DNA of 64,000 nucleotides from Trypanosoma brucei (lineage: Eukaryota), in contig CP000070.1 in assembly GCA_000002445.1 (NCBI GenBank), forward strand, positions 1,216,001 to 1,280,000, read 5' to 3'. Shown in pieces: positions 11,274 through 22,373 of the stretch. The position numbers and the translations under genes were made by a program. Numbering within the stretch: position 1 is the stretch's first letter; each line of letters starts with the position of its first letter. The notes below the pieces were generated by a model, which saw only the letters and a list, made by a program, of their open reading frames with translations, was not told the origin of the DNA and did not search any database.

Positions 11274-11846
11274 CTACGGCGGGAACGCAAAGCTTCGTAG
11301 CCACGTCATGACATCCATAAGACCCAGCCCATTCCAAGAATCAATAGCGAGGTATTTTATTCCCTCTATGGGAATCGCTGAAAGAAAAAACATTGCCTCC
11401 TTCGTTGTCACGGCGTTTCTGCCAGCAGCCTTGTTCAATAAAACAGCCACCGGCCAGTCTCTGCATAACCCTTCGCTTCCCTTTAACTTTGCGATGGTAA
11501 CTTGGGCCAATGGTAACAAGTGAGGGGCTAGTGAGTCGACAACCAACATCAGCCCAAACCGGTTGTTCATCTCCCTCCCCGTCGAGTTTAAACGTGCTTC
11601 AATAAACTTCTCCCACATTGGGGCCATGTCCCCGCCCAGTTCCCGCAACTCTACTGTGCGAGAGGTGTCTTTGCCCTTCGGTGATTCCACAATAATGGTA
11701 CGGAGCTCCTGGCCCTTCGTTGGAACCTGATGAGTACACTGTGTCAGCAGTGCGCCGGCCTCACTCATCGAAACAAGTTGTTGCACCAAACTTGTCTTCC
11801 CTGAAGAAGTAGGACCGAGCACATAAATGATAAGTCGCCCTGACAT
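11274..11846 (-). CDS. Small GTPase-like protein of Arf/ARL/SR-beta type with degenerate G3/G4 motifs
   Basis: P-loop GPTSSGKTS (GxxxxGKT/S). Switch-like ELGGD replaces DxxGQ. LLNKAA replaces NKxD. Size of 190 aa is typical of Arf-like GTPases. Confidence 0.5.
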   Translation of the reverse strand: MSGRLIIYVLGPTSSGKTSLVQQLVSMSEAGALLTQCTHQVPTKGQELRTIIVESPKGKDTSRTVELRELGGDMAPMWEKFIEARLNSTGREMNNRFGLMLVVDSLAPHLLPLAQVTIAKLKGSEGLCRDWPVAVLLNKAAGRNAVTTKEAMFFLSAIPIEGIKYLAIDSWNGLGLMDVMTWLRSFAFPP

Positions 11847-12172
11847 TTGCTACACGCACGAACGCATTGGTCTTGATACGGGGCCTTCCCCATGAGGTGG
11901 GGCGAGGAGGCGCACCAACAGCAAAGAAAAAAGGAAGAAAAGGGAAAATTTTTCATACGTACGATAAAATCGGAGAGACCACAACACATCAGGACATAAC
12001 ACTACTGCGAGGGTGATAGAGCTTATAATCACACATGTTGCACAGATGGGTGGACAACGAGTTAAGATGTCATCCATGCGAACGCGAACAACGGTCTAAA
12101 GCAACGCAAAGATAATCCAGAGGTCTAATGCCGTTCAAACTGTGCGTTCCCTACACCCTATGCGAGGCGATC

Positions 12173-14377
12173 TTACATGGCGCGATGCACGGTTGGACGC
12201 AACTTGGTCATCGGCAGTACACAATTGATCGGAAGGACAGATACGTTGTCAACTTTGTCCCCCAATATGTTCATCTCGCGTCTCAGCGCTAACACCCTAT
12301 GGGACGCCGGGCACTGACCAACAACGGCAGCCAGACCACTGGGGGGAGGGCACCGCAGCGCCACCGTGGAAGGACTCTGCTTTACATGTCTTGGTGGCCC
12401 ATTTCTCACCGCCTCATAAATTGCCAACGTCACCTCGGCGGGTGTGCAGCCCTTCGCAGCCACCTTCTTAACACCGCTCGTTGGTTGGGCACTTGGTTTT
12501 GTTTCTTTCTGGACAGCGCCGTCGCTGCTGAACTTAACGCAACCCTTTTCATCGACGGTGAAACACGACTTTGCACGGTAGTTTCCCTTCTGCTCGCCAT
12601 ACCGTGGGTTTCGAAAAACCAAATGCGAAGCGAGGTCATACTCTGAATGACTAACTTCGTGACCCCGAGTACTGGGGTTCAAATCACTCAACCGTACGAA
12701 AAGTGTTGAGAGTATCTTAGTATTCTGTTGCACCACCTGGTCAACATCAATATCCGACGTACAGCTGTCGAGCTCGGCAACTTTTGATTGACTTACCGAC
12801 CAGTTCACCTCGCTAGAACTAACTTCCCCGCGGTAGAGTAGCGGGTCCCGCGCTGCTCTTCTGCTTAGTGGTGTACCAGACTGATCACACGAACTACATG
12901 GTGTTCGTTGCACTACCCTAGATGTGCATCGTTTGAGAAACTTATCCTTGTCTTGCAGCGCCTCCAGTATGAGGTTACGTTCTAAGCAGAGGACTACAGA
13001 GTTAACCGCGGCACAAAGTCCATGCCTGAGCTTATTCCCCGTGATACATTCTTCAAACCCCACACTATGACCCTGGGTCACAGTTTTCACTCCTTTATCC
13101 CCAGCAAGTGGTCGATCATCGGACTCACAACTGGTGAAAGAGCATGCACCGGAAACAATGATAATGCCCTCTGATGGAACTTTTCCACCTACTAATATAT
13201 GCTCCTTCCGGCAAACGGCCCGCAACCCCAGATACTTTGCAAGTTGATCAAGCGTACTGTCGTCGAATTCCGAAAATGCGGAAATCCTCTTTAGCACTTC
13301 AGAACTTATTGTACGGCGCATTAGTTGGTAGGCTGTCTTCATGCACGCTTTCCATTCGCTCACACTCACTATCTGTAGTAGTATCTTCAGTGGAATACTC
13401 CACAGCAGTGAGACCTTCACCGCAACGGCGGGGTGCTTTTCCTGCAGTGAAGAAGCTAACTCTGTCGGCGTGAAACCGTGCAAACCAATAGAATTCCCAC
13501 AGTTTGTGACATACTTAGGAGAACTTAAAATATTGCGGGCAATCTTGACACACCCTGACTGAAGAATATAAACTGTTTCAGAGTTAAAGATGTCGTCACA
13601 TAGATACTCTCCGGCACAAACTACGACAGGGGATAATGCCATCCATATGACGTTAAGTGTCGCACTTTCCAAACTAGCCAACACCGCATTTGCACTCAAA
13701 ACACGTTGAATTGTGGGTTTTTCATTTCCCTCGAGCATCCTTTCTTGTTCGTTTTCTTTGGCAGCACTAACGGTAGCCTCCAGAGGAGCGCCAAACTCCC
13801 TTTGAATAAACATTATCTCCCTGAACGGGACCCGGAATGCCAAGACACTGCTCTCGCAACGGACTGTTCTTCGATAGTTGGAATCCAGAAACAGATAATC
13901 CGCAGGCACAAACTTACCAGTCCTAAAGAAAACAAAACTATTTTCCGCACCATTTCCAAATTGCTCACGCACATAGCCTTTTGATGAAGACCTCGCTGTC
14001 CCACACGCCACCAAAGGGGCTCCATACGTCCCCGCCCCGCGCAGTTCATGTTTTGGAGGAACTTCAGATATTCTCCCCGACACAATCCAAAAAAGAGACG
14101 AAATCGCTCTCGGTTCTTCACCGTACGCAAGAACCTCACCCTTTTGATACGCCTCTAACACCATCTTGTTGCATATTTCTACAAGAGCCGCTGTTGGCCA
14201 CCGACTAAAAAGGTTTGATAGGCGCAGCCGCTCAATATCTAAGTGCACATCTGTTGCCCGAACATTCCGTCTGAACAAACGCCTTCGTGCCTGGCGAAGT
14301 TTGTAGCGCAGCCGGTCTTCAATCATAGGAATAGGGGTCTTCACCTCAGATTCATTCTGTTGAATCCCCAATCGCAT
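12173..14377 (-). CDS. Protein with cyclic-nucleotide-binding-like domains
   Basis: 734 aa. Segments such as HSVGFEECITGNKLRHGLCAAVNSVVLCLERNLILEAL resemble the FGELAL...RAATVVA...L.R..F core of cNMP-binding domains. Several G-rich beta-roll-like repeats. Confidence 0.45.
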   Translation of the reverse strand: MRLGIQQNESEVKTPIPMIEDRLRYKLRQARRRLFRRNVRATDVHLDIERLRLSNLFSRWPTAALVEICNKMVLEAYQKGEVLAYGEEPRAISSLFWIVSGRISEVPPKHELRGAGTYGAPLVACGTARSSSKGYVREQFGNGAENSFVFFRTGKFVPADYLFLDSNYRRTVRCESSVLAFRVPFREIMFIQREFGAPLEATVSAAKENEQERMLEGNEKPTIQRVLSANAVLASLESATLNVIWMALSPVVVCAGEYLCDDIFNSETVYILQSGCVKIARNILSSPKYVTNCGNSIGLHGFTPTELASSLQEKHPAVAVKVSLLWSIPLKILLQIVSVSEWKACMKTAYQLMRRTISSEVLKRISAFSEFDDSTLDQLAKYLGLRAVCRKEHILVGGKVPSEGIIIVSGACSFTSCESDDRPLAGDKGVKTVTQGHSVGFEECITGNKLRHGLCAAVNSVVLCLERNLILEALQDKDKFLKRCTSRVVQRTPCSSCDQSGTPLSRRAARDPLLYRGEVSSSEVNWSVSQSKVAELDSCTSDIDVDQVVQQNTKILSTLFVRLSDLNPSTRGHEVSHSEYDLASHLVFRNPRYGEQKGNYRAKSCFTVDEKGCVKFSSDGAVQKETKPSAQPTSGVKKVAAKGCTPAEVTLAIYEAVRNGPPRHVKQSPSTVALRCPPPSGLAAVVGQCPASHRVLALRREMNILGDKVDNVSVLPINCVLPMTKLRPTVHRAM

Positions 14378-15909
14378 TCCTTCACAAACAGGTGGCGCCG
14401 GGGTCCTACTAAATCACTCGCCGCGCGCTCCACATTGGGGAGGAAAGCAAAAACAAGGGGGAAAGATAAAGAAAATTTAGCAAGTGTAAAAACCGGTTCA
14501 AGGGCATTTGCAAGCAGGGGGAAAAAACGACGTCCGTGGAGGTAAGTTTGGAATTAAAGGAAACGAAAGTCCCTAGCGGGTGCCTGAATATGCATAATGC
14601 TAGGAGTTCTTTCTCCTTAGAAATCTTGATTCGGTATTACACACGGCTATGGGGTCATTTGCATCGAAGCTCCTCTTGTTGGAGCTCCATTAACGCCTCT
14701 AGGTCATAACAGGTTCCTCCCAGTAACCAACAGCACCACCTTACCTCCTCACAACGGTTCACTGATACAAAGCTCCTCAATGATACATTGCCATCAAGAA
14801 AATTGACGAATACCGTTTCGGCGGTCCTATGGCATTGGGACGGTGCGGCTCTTTTCATTCTATACGTTGGCTACACGACACTATTAGGGTCATTTCCACC
14901 ATTTAACAGGCAGGAGCAAAAGAAAACAAGAGGAAAGAAGCGACACCTTTACCACTTCCGTAGGTAATGAATAAATTCAACCCAACACCCTGCGCATAAT
15001 TCCACACCCTAAAAATACGATGTTCCGAGCCACGTCAACCCACTGAACATCAACAGATTAATAATTTTTACAATAAAAACGAGCAAACAACAGGAAAGAG
15101 GACGGATATGCATGCAACAAACCTACATATAAAACCATACACTCACGTAATACATCCTAAACTACCCCGAAAGCCCCGCAGTCTACACCGACTGCCAGCG
15201 ACTCTACCCCGGAGCGTTTGTTCGGAGTGTCTTGGATATTGTGGTAAACGCTCCGTGTCACGGCCCAGCAATTTACGCAAGCAAACGAGCAAGGCCAATC
15301 AAAGCTGAACATCGAAAAAAAACAACAAAGACGCCCCAGGACCCACCTCAAGCACCGCACATGTTTCTCTCATTTGCGCTACCCGCAAATAGCGCTCAAA
15401 TATGCTCAAGGGAGAAGGAACTACACGTAGGATCGAGTACAGTTGCGTAGTCTGGGCAAGCTAGCGGAGCAAGTTAAAAAAAAAAAACATACACAAACAC
15501 GAACACAAACACACAAAATGGGTCCGCCAACACATACACAGTCGGACAAGATTCGTACGAGAGAGGAAAGACGTTGGCAATAAGAACAGCCATAACCCAA
15601 GAAGATAACAAAGTGTAGGGGATCCGAAACAACAAATCAAGGAACAACACTTACGGAAAAGCGCACAGAATAGTACTTACTTCAGATTTCCACAGACAAC
15701 TCAGCCCAATATCAAAATTATCAATACCACGGCAGTTGTACGAGAAATATAAGAGAAATAAAACACATTTGATCTGCACAGCTGTAGGGGTGATCACATG
15801 GAACAAATATTAAAAAATGAAAGGGTATAGGCGCAACAATAGCGTTATGTCACTAGAAGTGGAATTGACAAAAAAGTGTTATACTGTTTGACGGACGAGG
15901 CGGTGTACT

Positions 15910-18900
15910 TTATATCCACCGCTCGCTCTTTACAGTATCAATATTGCGAATGATCTTTGTTACAGCAGGTTTTCCCCCCTCAAGGGTACACGTTTTTAAG
16001 GTCTCCCATAGATGACGCCTATCATCATCTTCTTCGCTGCTTGTGTAGTCAACCAAATCGTGCCCAGGAACCACCTGTGAGGTTTCCTCGTTTATGAGGC
16101 ACTTGAACAGTGCCCTTTTTCTTGCTTGGGCTTTTAAAACTGTGGCGTCTTCGAATCCCGATGCTAATTTATAGGCAATAACAGCCTTTGACTGATTTTG
16201 TCTGTAGCACCGCGCAATTGCCTGTGACTCAACCTGAGGATTCCACCACGTGTCCCACAGAATAACGTGATTCGCCGCAGTTAAATCAAGACCGTACGCG
16301 CCAATCTGAGTGGACACAACCAAGCAGAGTACGTTCTTATCATCCCTGAACATCTCAACAACCCTTCGTCGACGTTGCTGGCAATCTTTTCCACGAATTG
16401 TAACTACACTAATCTTATAAGCCGTCAAGGTTCTTGCAATGAAGTCTTGCGACCCAATGTATTGTGAAAATATCACAGCCTTTTCCATCTTCTCGAAAAT
16501 GCTGTGTAAAATCGAAATGAGGGCTGTTAGCTTACCACTGAGCGCAACAAAGTCGGCCAGTTTCCCGTTTTCAAGCAAACTTGAACAATCCTTCGCTAAA
16601 GCGTCATCATCACGGCTAAGCCTGTACGTTCCCAACTCTTCGAACTCCCCTGGTTCTTCTTCGATATCAACTTGACCTGTTCTCCATATACCGGTCAAAA
16701 AACCCAAGAAACACAGTGGATGTGTTGAAAGGTGGTATGGCCGATGTTCGGACGCCTTCAGACACAATAGGTTATCTGTTGCATCGACTTTAATGCGCTC
16801 CTCGAACATTTTCTGCTGCACAGCGGAAAAGTTGCATATAATAATGTAGTCGTGCAGCGGTGGAAGATCAACCTTCATAACGGTAAAGACATAGGGGCTC
16901 ATCCACTCGTGGATATATCGTTGTGCGAAGAGAGCATCACAAAAAGCACTATCATCACCGTTAACATAGCGGTTGATAGAGTTTGAAAACTCGTTAAAAT
17001 CGCGTTGCGGCAATGTGGAATGAACCTTGTCATCCACCCACCCAACAAGACGGTAGAGTTCCTCAGCGTTATTCTGCACCGGCGTCCCAGTGAGTACTAC
17101 CCTTGCCGAGCAATACAAACTATCCAGTACCTCCCTCAGTTTACTTTCCTTCGACGATATGCAATGGCCTTCATCAACGACTATGAGAGCGGGGCGGAAC
17201 CCCTTTACCCTCGAAAGAAATGATTTGATGTAGCCAGGATTGATGACAAAGACGTAACTCTTCTTAGGGTTAGTAGTTGTGCCTTGTTGTTCATAGTTAC
17301 TGAGATCATCCTCGAAGGAGCTGGAGTCCACGTTGTTTAGTACAATAAACCCCGGGAATACGAGACCATAGTCCTTCCACTTTTTCGCCTCCTGCATCCA
17401 GTGTTGAAGCAGTGTCTTCGGCGCAACGATCAGAATGTCACACGGCCCATTGTTGTAAATATAAGAATAGCAGATCGTCAGTGAAACCAGTGTCTTCCCA
17501 AGTCCCATTGTTAACGCCAGCACACAACCGTCTCCTTCCTTGATACGACGTGAAACAAATCTAAGGGCCGCATGCTGAGTTAAGCTCAGGGTCTTTGCTA
17601 TTTTGAAAGGAATACACAAAGGTGGAAGGTGGCCGGTGACTCCGTTCAAATTGACCACGCTGTCTGCGCTGTCAGCATGCAGACGATCGCTCATGATCTG
17701 GTTCCGGAGTCTCATGCTCCGCTCCGTTTCACATGTGTGGGACATCAACCCACACCGCAGATAGCATACAATGCTGATTCGTCTCCAACTTCCTTCACGA
17801 TTGTGTACTTCCGTGTTTCCGTGTTCCAGAGAACTGTCGAAAAATAAGACATCACCAACCTGAAGACAGAAGGCCTTGCGCGCACTTTTTAAGGCTAGGT
17901 AGCACCCCTCGTAATTACCGTCAAGTACGCAGAGTGCAGTAAGACCACCGCGAAAGTCACCTTTGTCTCGATGAACGGCGGTTCGAAAGTTCTTGTTCAC
18001 ACTTACAGTACTGAAAACGGTGTTGAATAGCATGTACTCAGGCGGTATGACCCTGCGCTGAAGTTCGTAATGGTCTGGGGCGTTTTCCTTGTATAGTTGA
18101 TCTAACAACTGCAGTAACTCACCACACGGTCCGATAATCTTACCCCAGTTCCTGCGTGTGAACTCAGTCATGCGGCACTTACGCTTCGTTGGATTGTTGA
18201 GATAGTCGTAATAGCCAAGGATACCCGTGTCCGGATTTCTCACACCACCATTTGTCAATCTCCGCATATTTTGTTTGGTAGCCACTCCCTCCACATCAGC
18301 TGCGGCACGTCGACAGATATCTTTATCAATGCCACCACGTATAAAGATGGCCTGCACACGCTTTCCGGTTGGGTCCAGCAAAACACTATCCTCGGTCACC
18401 AGCTCAAAATCCTTTTCAGAGAGGTACTCTGAAACCTTGCCTGTAGGGATGTCAACCACCTCGGTACCGGTAACGTCAAAGCCTTCATAAATATCATCCA
18501 CTGCATCCAGAGCAACAGGCGCAATGTTTACAGCTGCTTCAGCAGCATTGCGAGGGAATGGATCCATCGAACCGTCTAGATGGACCACAGTCCTCTTGAA
18601 TTGAACGTCCACGCGCTGTCCGAGAGGAAGCCTCTGTGTGAGAGCACCAGCTCGGAACTGACGGCGAAGTTCTTCACATACATTTTGCACAGGTCTGATG
18701 TGCAGAAGCGGAACAATATCGTACGCTTTTTGATATTCCTCATCAGAAGCGGTAACCAGTTCCGCACAGAGGTGGACAATTCGACATATGTAATCGCGAG
18801 GGTGGTAAAGAAGGCGGCACGGTAAGGATACACCTGGAGCCGTCGGGAATGTCTCCTCCAGGTTGCTGAACAGGGCCAAACGCTCTGCATCAGTCTTTAA

Positions 18901-19143
18901 CCCGTAGTAGTCTTTGCATAGCCTGGTAAGAGAAGATTCTGACATCGGTATTGGTGGTAGAATCGTGATGCCACCTTTCGGGATACTCACTAACTTCATT
19001 CCATGATTTTTAGCCTCGTCAACGATAACATCAAGTTCACCCAAGAAGGAACCGGGTATAACGATCGCTGGCTCACTCGTTACTAAGACAGTTTGTAGCA
19101 CCTGCTGCAGCACTTGAGACGCCCCATCCATAAACATAGGCAT
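15910..19143 (-). CDS. JBP2: J-binding protein 2 (JBP2): thymidine hydroxylase (Fe/2OG dioxygenase, TET/JBP family) with a C-terminal SWI2/SNF2 ATPase
   Basis: N-terminal HxD...H dioxygenase core (TAVHRDKGDF...LEHGNTEVHNREGSWRRISIVCY). SNF2 motifs LALTMGLGKTLVSL (motif I), VVDEGHCISSK (DEGH, motif II), LTGTPVQNNAEELY (III), and C-terminal helicase motifs (VIFSQY...LVVSTQIGAYGLDLTAANHVILWDTWWNP..QAIARCYRQNQ). The six-frame ORF starts at 19290 but a polypyrimidine tract plus AG lies at 19150-19215 and MPMFMDG begins at 19143. That gives 1077 aa, which matches my recollection of the T. brucei JBP2 length. Confidence 0.9.
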   Translation of the reverse strand: MPMFMDGASQVLQQVLQTVLVTSEPAIVIPGSFLGELDVIVDEAKNHGMKLVSIPKGGITILPPIPMSESSLTRLCKDYYGLKTDAERLALFSNLEETFPTAPGVSLPCRLLYHPRDYICRIVHLCAELVTASDEEYQKAYDIVPLLHIRPVQNVCEELRRQFRAGALTQRLPLGQRVDVQFKRTVVHLDGSMDPFPRNAAEAAVNIAPVALDAVDDIYEGFDVTGTEVVDIPTGKVSEYLSEKDFELVTEDSVLLDPTGKRVQAIFIRGGIDKDICRRAAADVEGVATKQNMRRLTNGGVRNPDTGILGYYDYLNNPTKRKCRMTEFTRRNWGKIIGPCGELLQLLDQLYKENAPDHYELQRRVIPPEYMLFNTVFSTVSVNKNFRTAVHRDKGDFRGGLTALCVLDGNYEGCYLALKSARKAFCLQVGDVLFFDSSLEHGNTEVHNREGSWRRISIVCYLRCGLMSHTCETERSMRLRNQIMSDRLHADSADSVVNLNGVTGHLPPLCIPFKIAKTLSLTQHAALRFVSRRIKEGDGCVLALTMGLGKTLVSLTICYSYIYNNGPCDILIVAPKTLLQHWMQEAKKWKDYGLVFPGFIVLNNVDSSSFEDDLSNYEQQGTTTNPKKSYVFVINPGYIKSFLSRVKGFRPALIVVDEGHCISSKESKLREVLDSLYCSARVVLTGTPVQNNAEELYRLVGWVDDKVHSTLPQRDFNEFSNSINRYVNGDDSAFCDALFAQRYIHEWMSPYVFTVMKVDLPPLHDYIIICNFSAVQQKMFEERIKVDATDNLLCLKASEHRPYHLSTHPLCFLGFLTGIWRTGQVDIEEEPGEFEELGTYRLSRDDDALAKDCSSLLENGKLADFVALSGKLTALISILHSIFEKMEKAVIFSQYIGSQDFIARTLTAYKISVVTIRGKDCQQRRRRVVEMFRDDKNVLCLVVSTQIGAYGLDLTAANHVILWDTWWNPQVESQAIARCYRQNQSKAVIAYKLASGFEDATVLKAQARKRALFKCLINEETSQVVPGHDLVDYTSSEEDDDRRHLWETLKTCTLEGGKPAVTKIIRNIDTVKSERWI

Positions 19144-20304
19144 TGCCGTAACTGGTAGCGTAAAGAGGGGGTAAATAATGTAGTGAACAAAGAGGAGGAA
19201 GGAAAGAGTGAACGTCAGTGGTCTCGAGAATGACCGCAGGAATCTGCGTACTGAAAAGGTGCGAAAATGGAGTAACCGGGTAGCAAACACAACCCAAATG
19301 CAACATTCACAACTGCATATGCAAAGTAAACTACCTCCTTCACTACCTTCCGCAACACTTGTTGTGGTATTCAGTAGCAGAAAATTTGTCCCAAAACAAC
19401 ACTCCTACAACCCAAAACATGGAGGTAACAAGCCAGTTTAAGTCTACGCTAGTTTGCGGAATTTATCAGCATTGAGCCCTACACACGTGGATGGAAGACG
19501 CTTTCCTCTGTATTGCTTCACATATTCTCATCTCTGTTCGACAAAGAGTGAGCGCCCTGTACTGGCTTCATGTAAATAAGGGAAACATCATTTGTCTTCA
19601 TTCGCGTAGGTATTTTATCCAACAAAATCGGTTTCGTGTGTGTCCTATGGAAAAGGGTATAACTTTTCGCACAGATATTTTGAAATTATGCTTACCAAGG
19701 ATTCTAATGTGTATCTACATGAAAACAAGGAAAGAAAATCAAGCAGAACCAGGGGTACTTATTGTCCCATGAGCAACGCGGCTGCGGCCCAGGCACATCA
19801 TAAGAAATACACGATATGGTACACTCCCTCGTTTCTTTTGGGTAAGGGGGAGGTTTAATTTTTCGACATGTACACTTGTTGTGCAAATTACGCCACCCTT
19901 TAGCCCGCAACACCTGACATTATTTCCCCTTTGTCATAGAAGGATCCTCGCCACCTCTTACTGCGTGTGCTCATGGCGGCGTAGTAGGTGAGCCACCTTT
20001 GTGCCGTGTACACTGATACCCATTTCAAAGTACCCGTACCTACTGCTCCGACACCTCCTGTGCTCATCAGCGGCGCCGTACCAACGCCAGAAAGTAACTG
20101 GGAAGAGAAACGCTTACGAACAGTGGAGATGAAACGGGACGTAACAAACTCTAGCTCGATATAATTAGTTAAATCTTTGTCGCCAACTCGTATATTCGCA
20201 CACGTTGCCTTGGAAAAATAAATTAAAAAGTATCAACCCCCAAAGTCCGAGGGCGTGGATACGTCACGAATGAAATCCATTCCAACACACCAAACAAGGA
20301 ATGT

Positions 20305-21234
20305 TTACTTCCATGGAACACGCCGAGTGTCAATAAGTTCTGGCCCGCAGTGTTGTAAAAGCTGGCGAAGAGGGGGGCAGCTTACTAAATACGGTGGCAC
20401 TCGAAAATACGGATTGCGCTTAGACCTTGTTCTTCTTCCTGCATCACAGAGGTACATATCTTTAGATACAGAAGACAAAGCATTCTCATCGGTATAAGGC
20501 TTTGCCACCTGATAAGGCTGAAGATCTTCCACAAAAGGTTCAGCATCAGCGAAATCAAGTCCGACATAAGTGAATTTGTCAGCTGGAAAGCGTATTGCTT
20601 CTCTGTGGTACATTGTGAACCGCTCTGCCTTGTGCTTCCACCCAACAACAACAACCGATCCCGGAAAATGGCCTGTTACTTCATAGAACCGCGCAATACT
20701 AAATAAAAGGTTTTCGTATGAGTCTCTCGCAAACTCTTCGGTAAAAATTCTCCCATTCATAATATCCTTTGCCACATACTCAGGTTCAAATATGCCAAAG
20801 AGCTTTGACTCTTTTGCAACAATATAGTAACCCAAAGCTTCACTCCTCGGTCCCGCAATACCACACGTTTGACCACCTGAAAAAATTAGAATAGAAGTGT
20901 TTATTTGATCTCTAAGAATTTCCAATCCGCGTCGTATATGGGAGGCGAAACATAAAGGTAGAACAACGCCTGCTCGCAGTTGATGGGGTTCTAGGCACCA
21001 TTCGCTTTCGTTCTTCCATTCAGATGCATTTGGTGCATTCAGCACTCCGTGTCCAGGAACAATAATGAGTGTGTCCGTAGAAAGGTATTTAGGGTTAGCT
21101 TCCCTTTCTGCTGCACCACCCGGCGTGTCCGCTTGCAACAACAGTTTGGCACGTAGCAACGAAAACATTAAAACAATGAAGACAATTGCAATTAGTGGCC
21201 ACGTGCGACGCTTGTTTCTAAATCGTGTTCGCAT
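20305..21234 (-). CDS. DUF218 (YdcF/ElyC-like) domain protein with an N-terminal membrane anchor
   Basis: LIIVPGHGV...ILIFSGGQT...PRSEALGYYIV...EEFARDSYENLLFS match the DUF218 signature (GG..., sEA, E..S.nT.eN). N-terminal hydrophobic segment WPLIAIVFIVLMFSLL. Confidence 0.55.
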   Translation of the reverse strand: MRTRFRNKRRTWPLIAIVFIVLMFSLLRAKLLLQADTPGGAAEREANPKYLSTDTLIIVPGHGVLNAPNASEWKNESEWCLEPHQLRAGVVLPLCFASHIRRGLEILRDQINTSILIFSGGQTCGIAGPRSEALGYYIVAKESKLFGIFEPEYVAKDIMNGRIFTEEFARDSYENLLFSIARFYEVTGHFPGSVVVVGWKHKAERFTMYHREAIRFPADKFTYVGLDFADAEPFVEDLQPYQVAKPYTDENALSSVSKDMYLCDAGRRTRSKRNPYFRVPPYLVSCPPLRQLLQHCGPELIDTRRVPWK

Positions 21235-21467
21235 TACCTATTAGTCGTACAGTTGTTTGTGTATGCAGATGTTAACCACATCAAACCTTCGTATCTTCAC
21301 CATAGTTAGGAGGAATTAAAGGAAAGAGGGGTAGCGAAACCAATATGACACTGACAACGACATCATGCACATGCACAAATGGAATCTTATAGTGACTCTG
21401 TACGTCGCATTGTCACTTCACAAATATCATTACGTAGCACAACTCGCTGGCAGCATAAGTGTATTAT

Positions 21468-22373
21468 TCAATAAATTGTACGCTTACGGGTGTTTATAGT
21501 GTCCAGCACCGTGGTCGTTATCAAATTCTGATTTCCGGGATATAAAATTTCGAATGGGCCTAGAACAAAATCAATAGACGCCTTGACCGCTGCTTCGATA
21601 GACTTATCAAACACCGGGAAACGAGCATTCCCCATTACCCGGATGCAGTTTGCAACACGTGTAACAGCGCGCCTAATGTCTGCGTCAAACCTATCGTATG
21701 CAGATTTGGCCGACTCGGTAGCGGTAGTTGCTGTTGCTGGACTGACCCATATAGCACCATTTGTGCCAAGAACCAGATTTACGTGTATGAACTCCAAACA
21801 CATAAAGTGGTGCTTGACACGTTTAACAAGAGCTGGTGAAATTAGTACCAGTAAACCAAAGTCGGATAGCTTCCCATACTTCTCTCCTGATCGGGTGTGT
21901 AAGGATATCAGGCCATCTTGAGAAACGCGCTGCACCTCGGCAACGACCAACTCCCCTTCGTCAAATATGTTCCTCATAGTAAGTTCATCACTTCGGCCCC
22001 TCCTCCTCAGGATGCCACCGGGTTCAGTGACATTAGCCAAAGGCATCACTGCATCCTGAAAGGCCCCAACATCAACACGCCATCGGTTACCACATACTTC
22101 CTTAACGCGCCCGACCACAATATCACCAACCTCTGCGACGTACCGGGAAGACATACCTTTAACTGAGACAACTCTGTCTGTTACTTCAACCATCCCATTG
22201 ATTGAGGCAATAATTTCTCCACCACCCTCTTGTGCTGCAGCTGCACCGTTCGGGTTGTTGCCTTCGTAAGTGTTGTATCCTCGGAGGAAAACATGATCTT
22301 CAACGTAATCGAGTTTTGAGGGGCCCGCAGACCCACAAATGGTGTCACCTGTTATGCACGTCGGGACACTCAT
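21468..22373 (-). CDS. RRP4: Exosome complex component RRP4 (S1 + KH RNA-binding)
   Basis: RYVAEVGDIVVGRVKEVCGNRWRVD and EPGGILRRRGRSDELTMRNIFDEGELVVAEVQRVSQDGLISLHTRSGEKYGKL align closely with eukaryotic EXOSC2/Rrp4. The six-frame ORF runs to 22451 through a polypyrimidine tract. The likely start MSVPTCITGDT is at 22373, giving 302 aa. Confidence 0.85.
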   Translation of the reverse strand: MSVPTCITGDTICGSAGPSKLDYVEDHVFLRGYNTYEGNNPNGAAAAQEGGGEIIASINGMVEVTDRVVSVKGMSSRYVAEVGDIVVGRVKEVCGNRWRVDVGAFQDAVMPLANVTEPGGILRRRGRSDELTMRNIFDEGELVVAEVQRVSQDGLISLHTRSGEKYGKLSDFGLLVLISPALVKRVKHHFMCLEFIHVNLVLGTNGAIWVSPATATTATESAKSAYDRFDADIRRAVTRVANCIRVMGNARFPVFDKSIEAAVKASIDFVLGPFEILYPGNQNLITTTVLDTINTRKRTIY

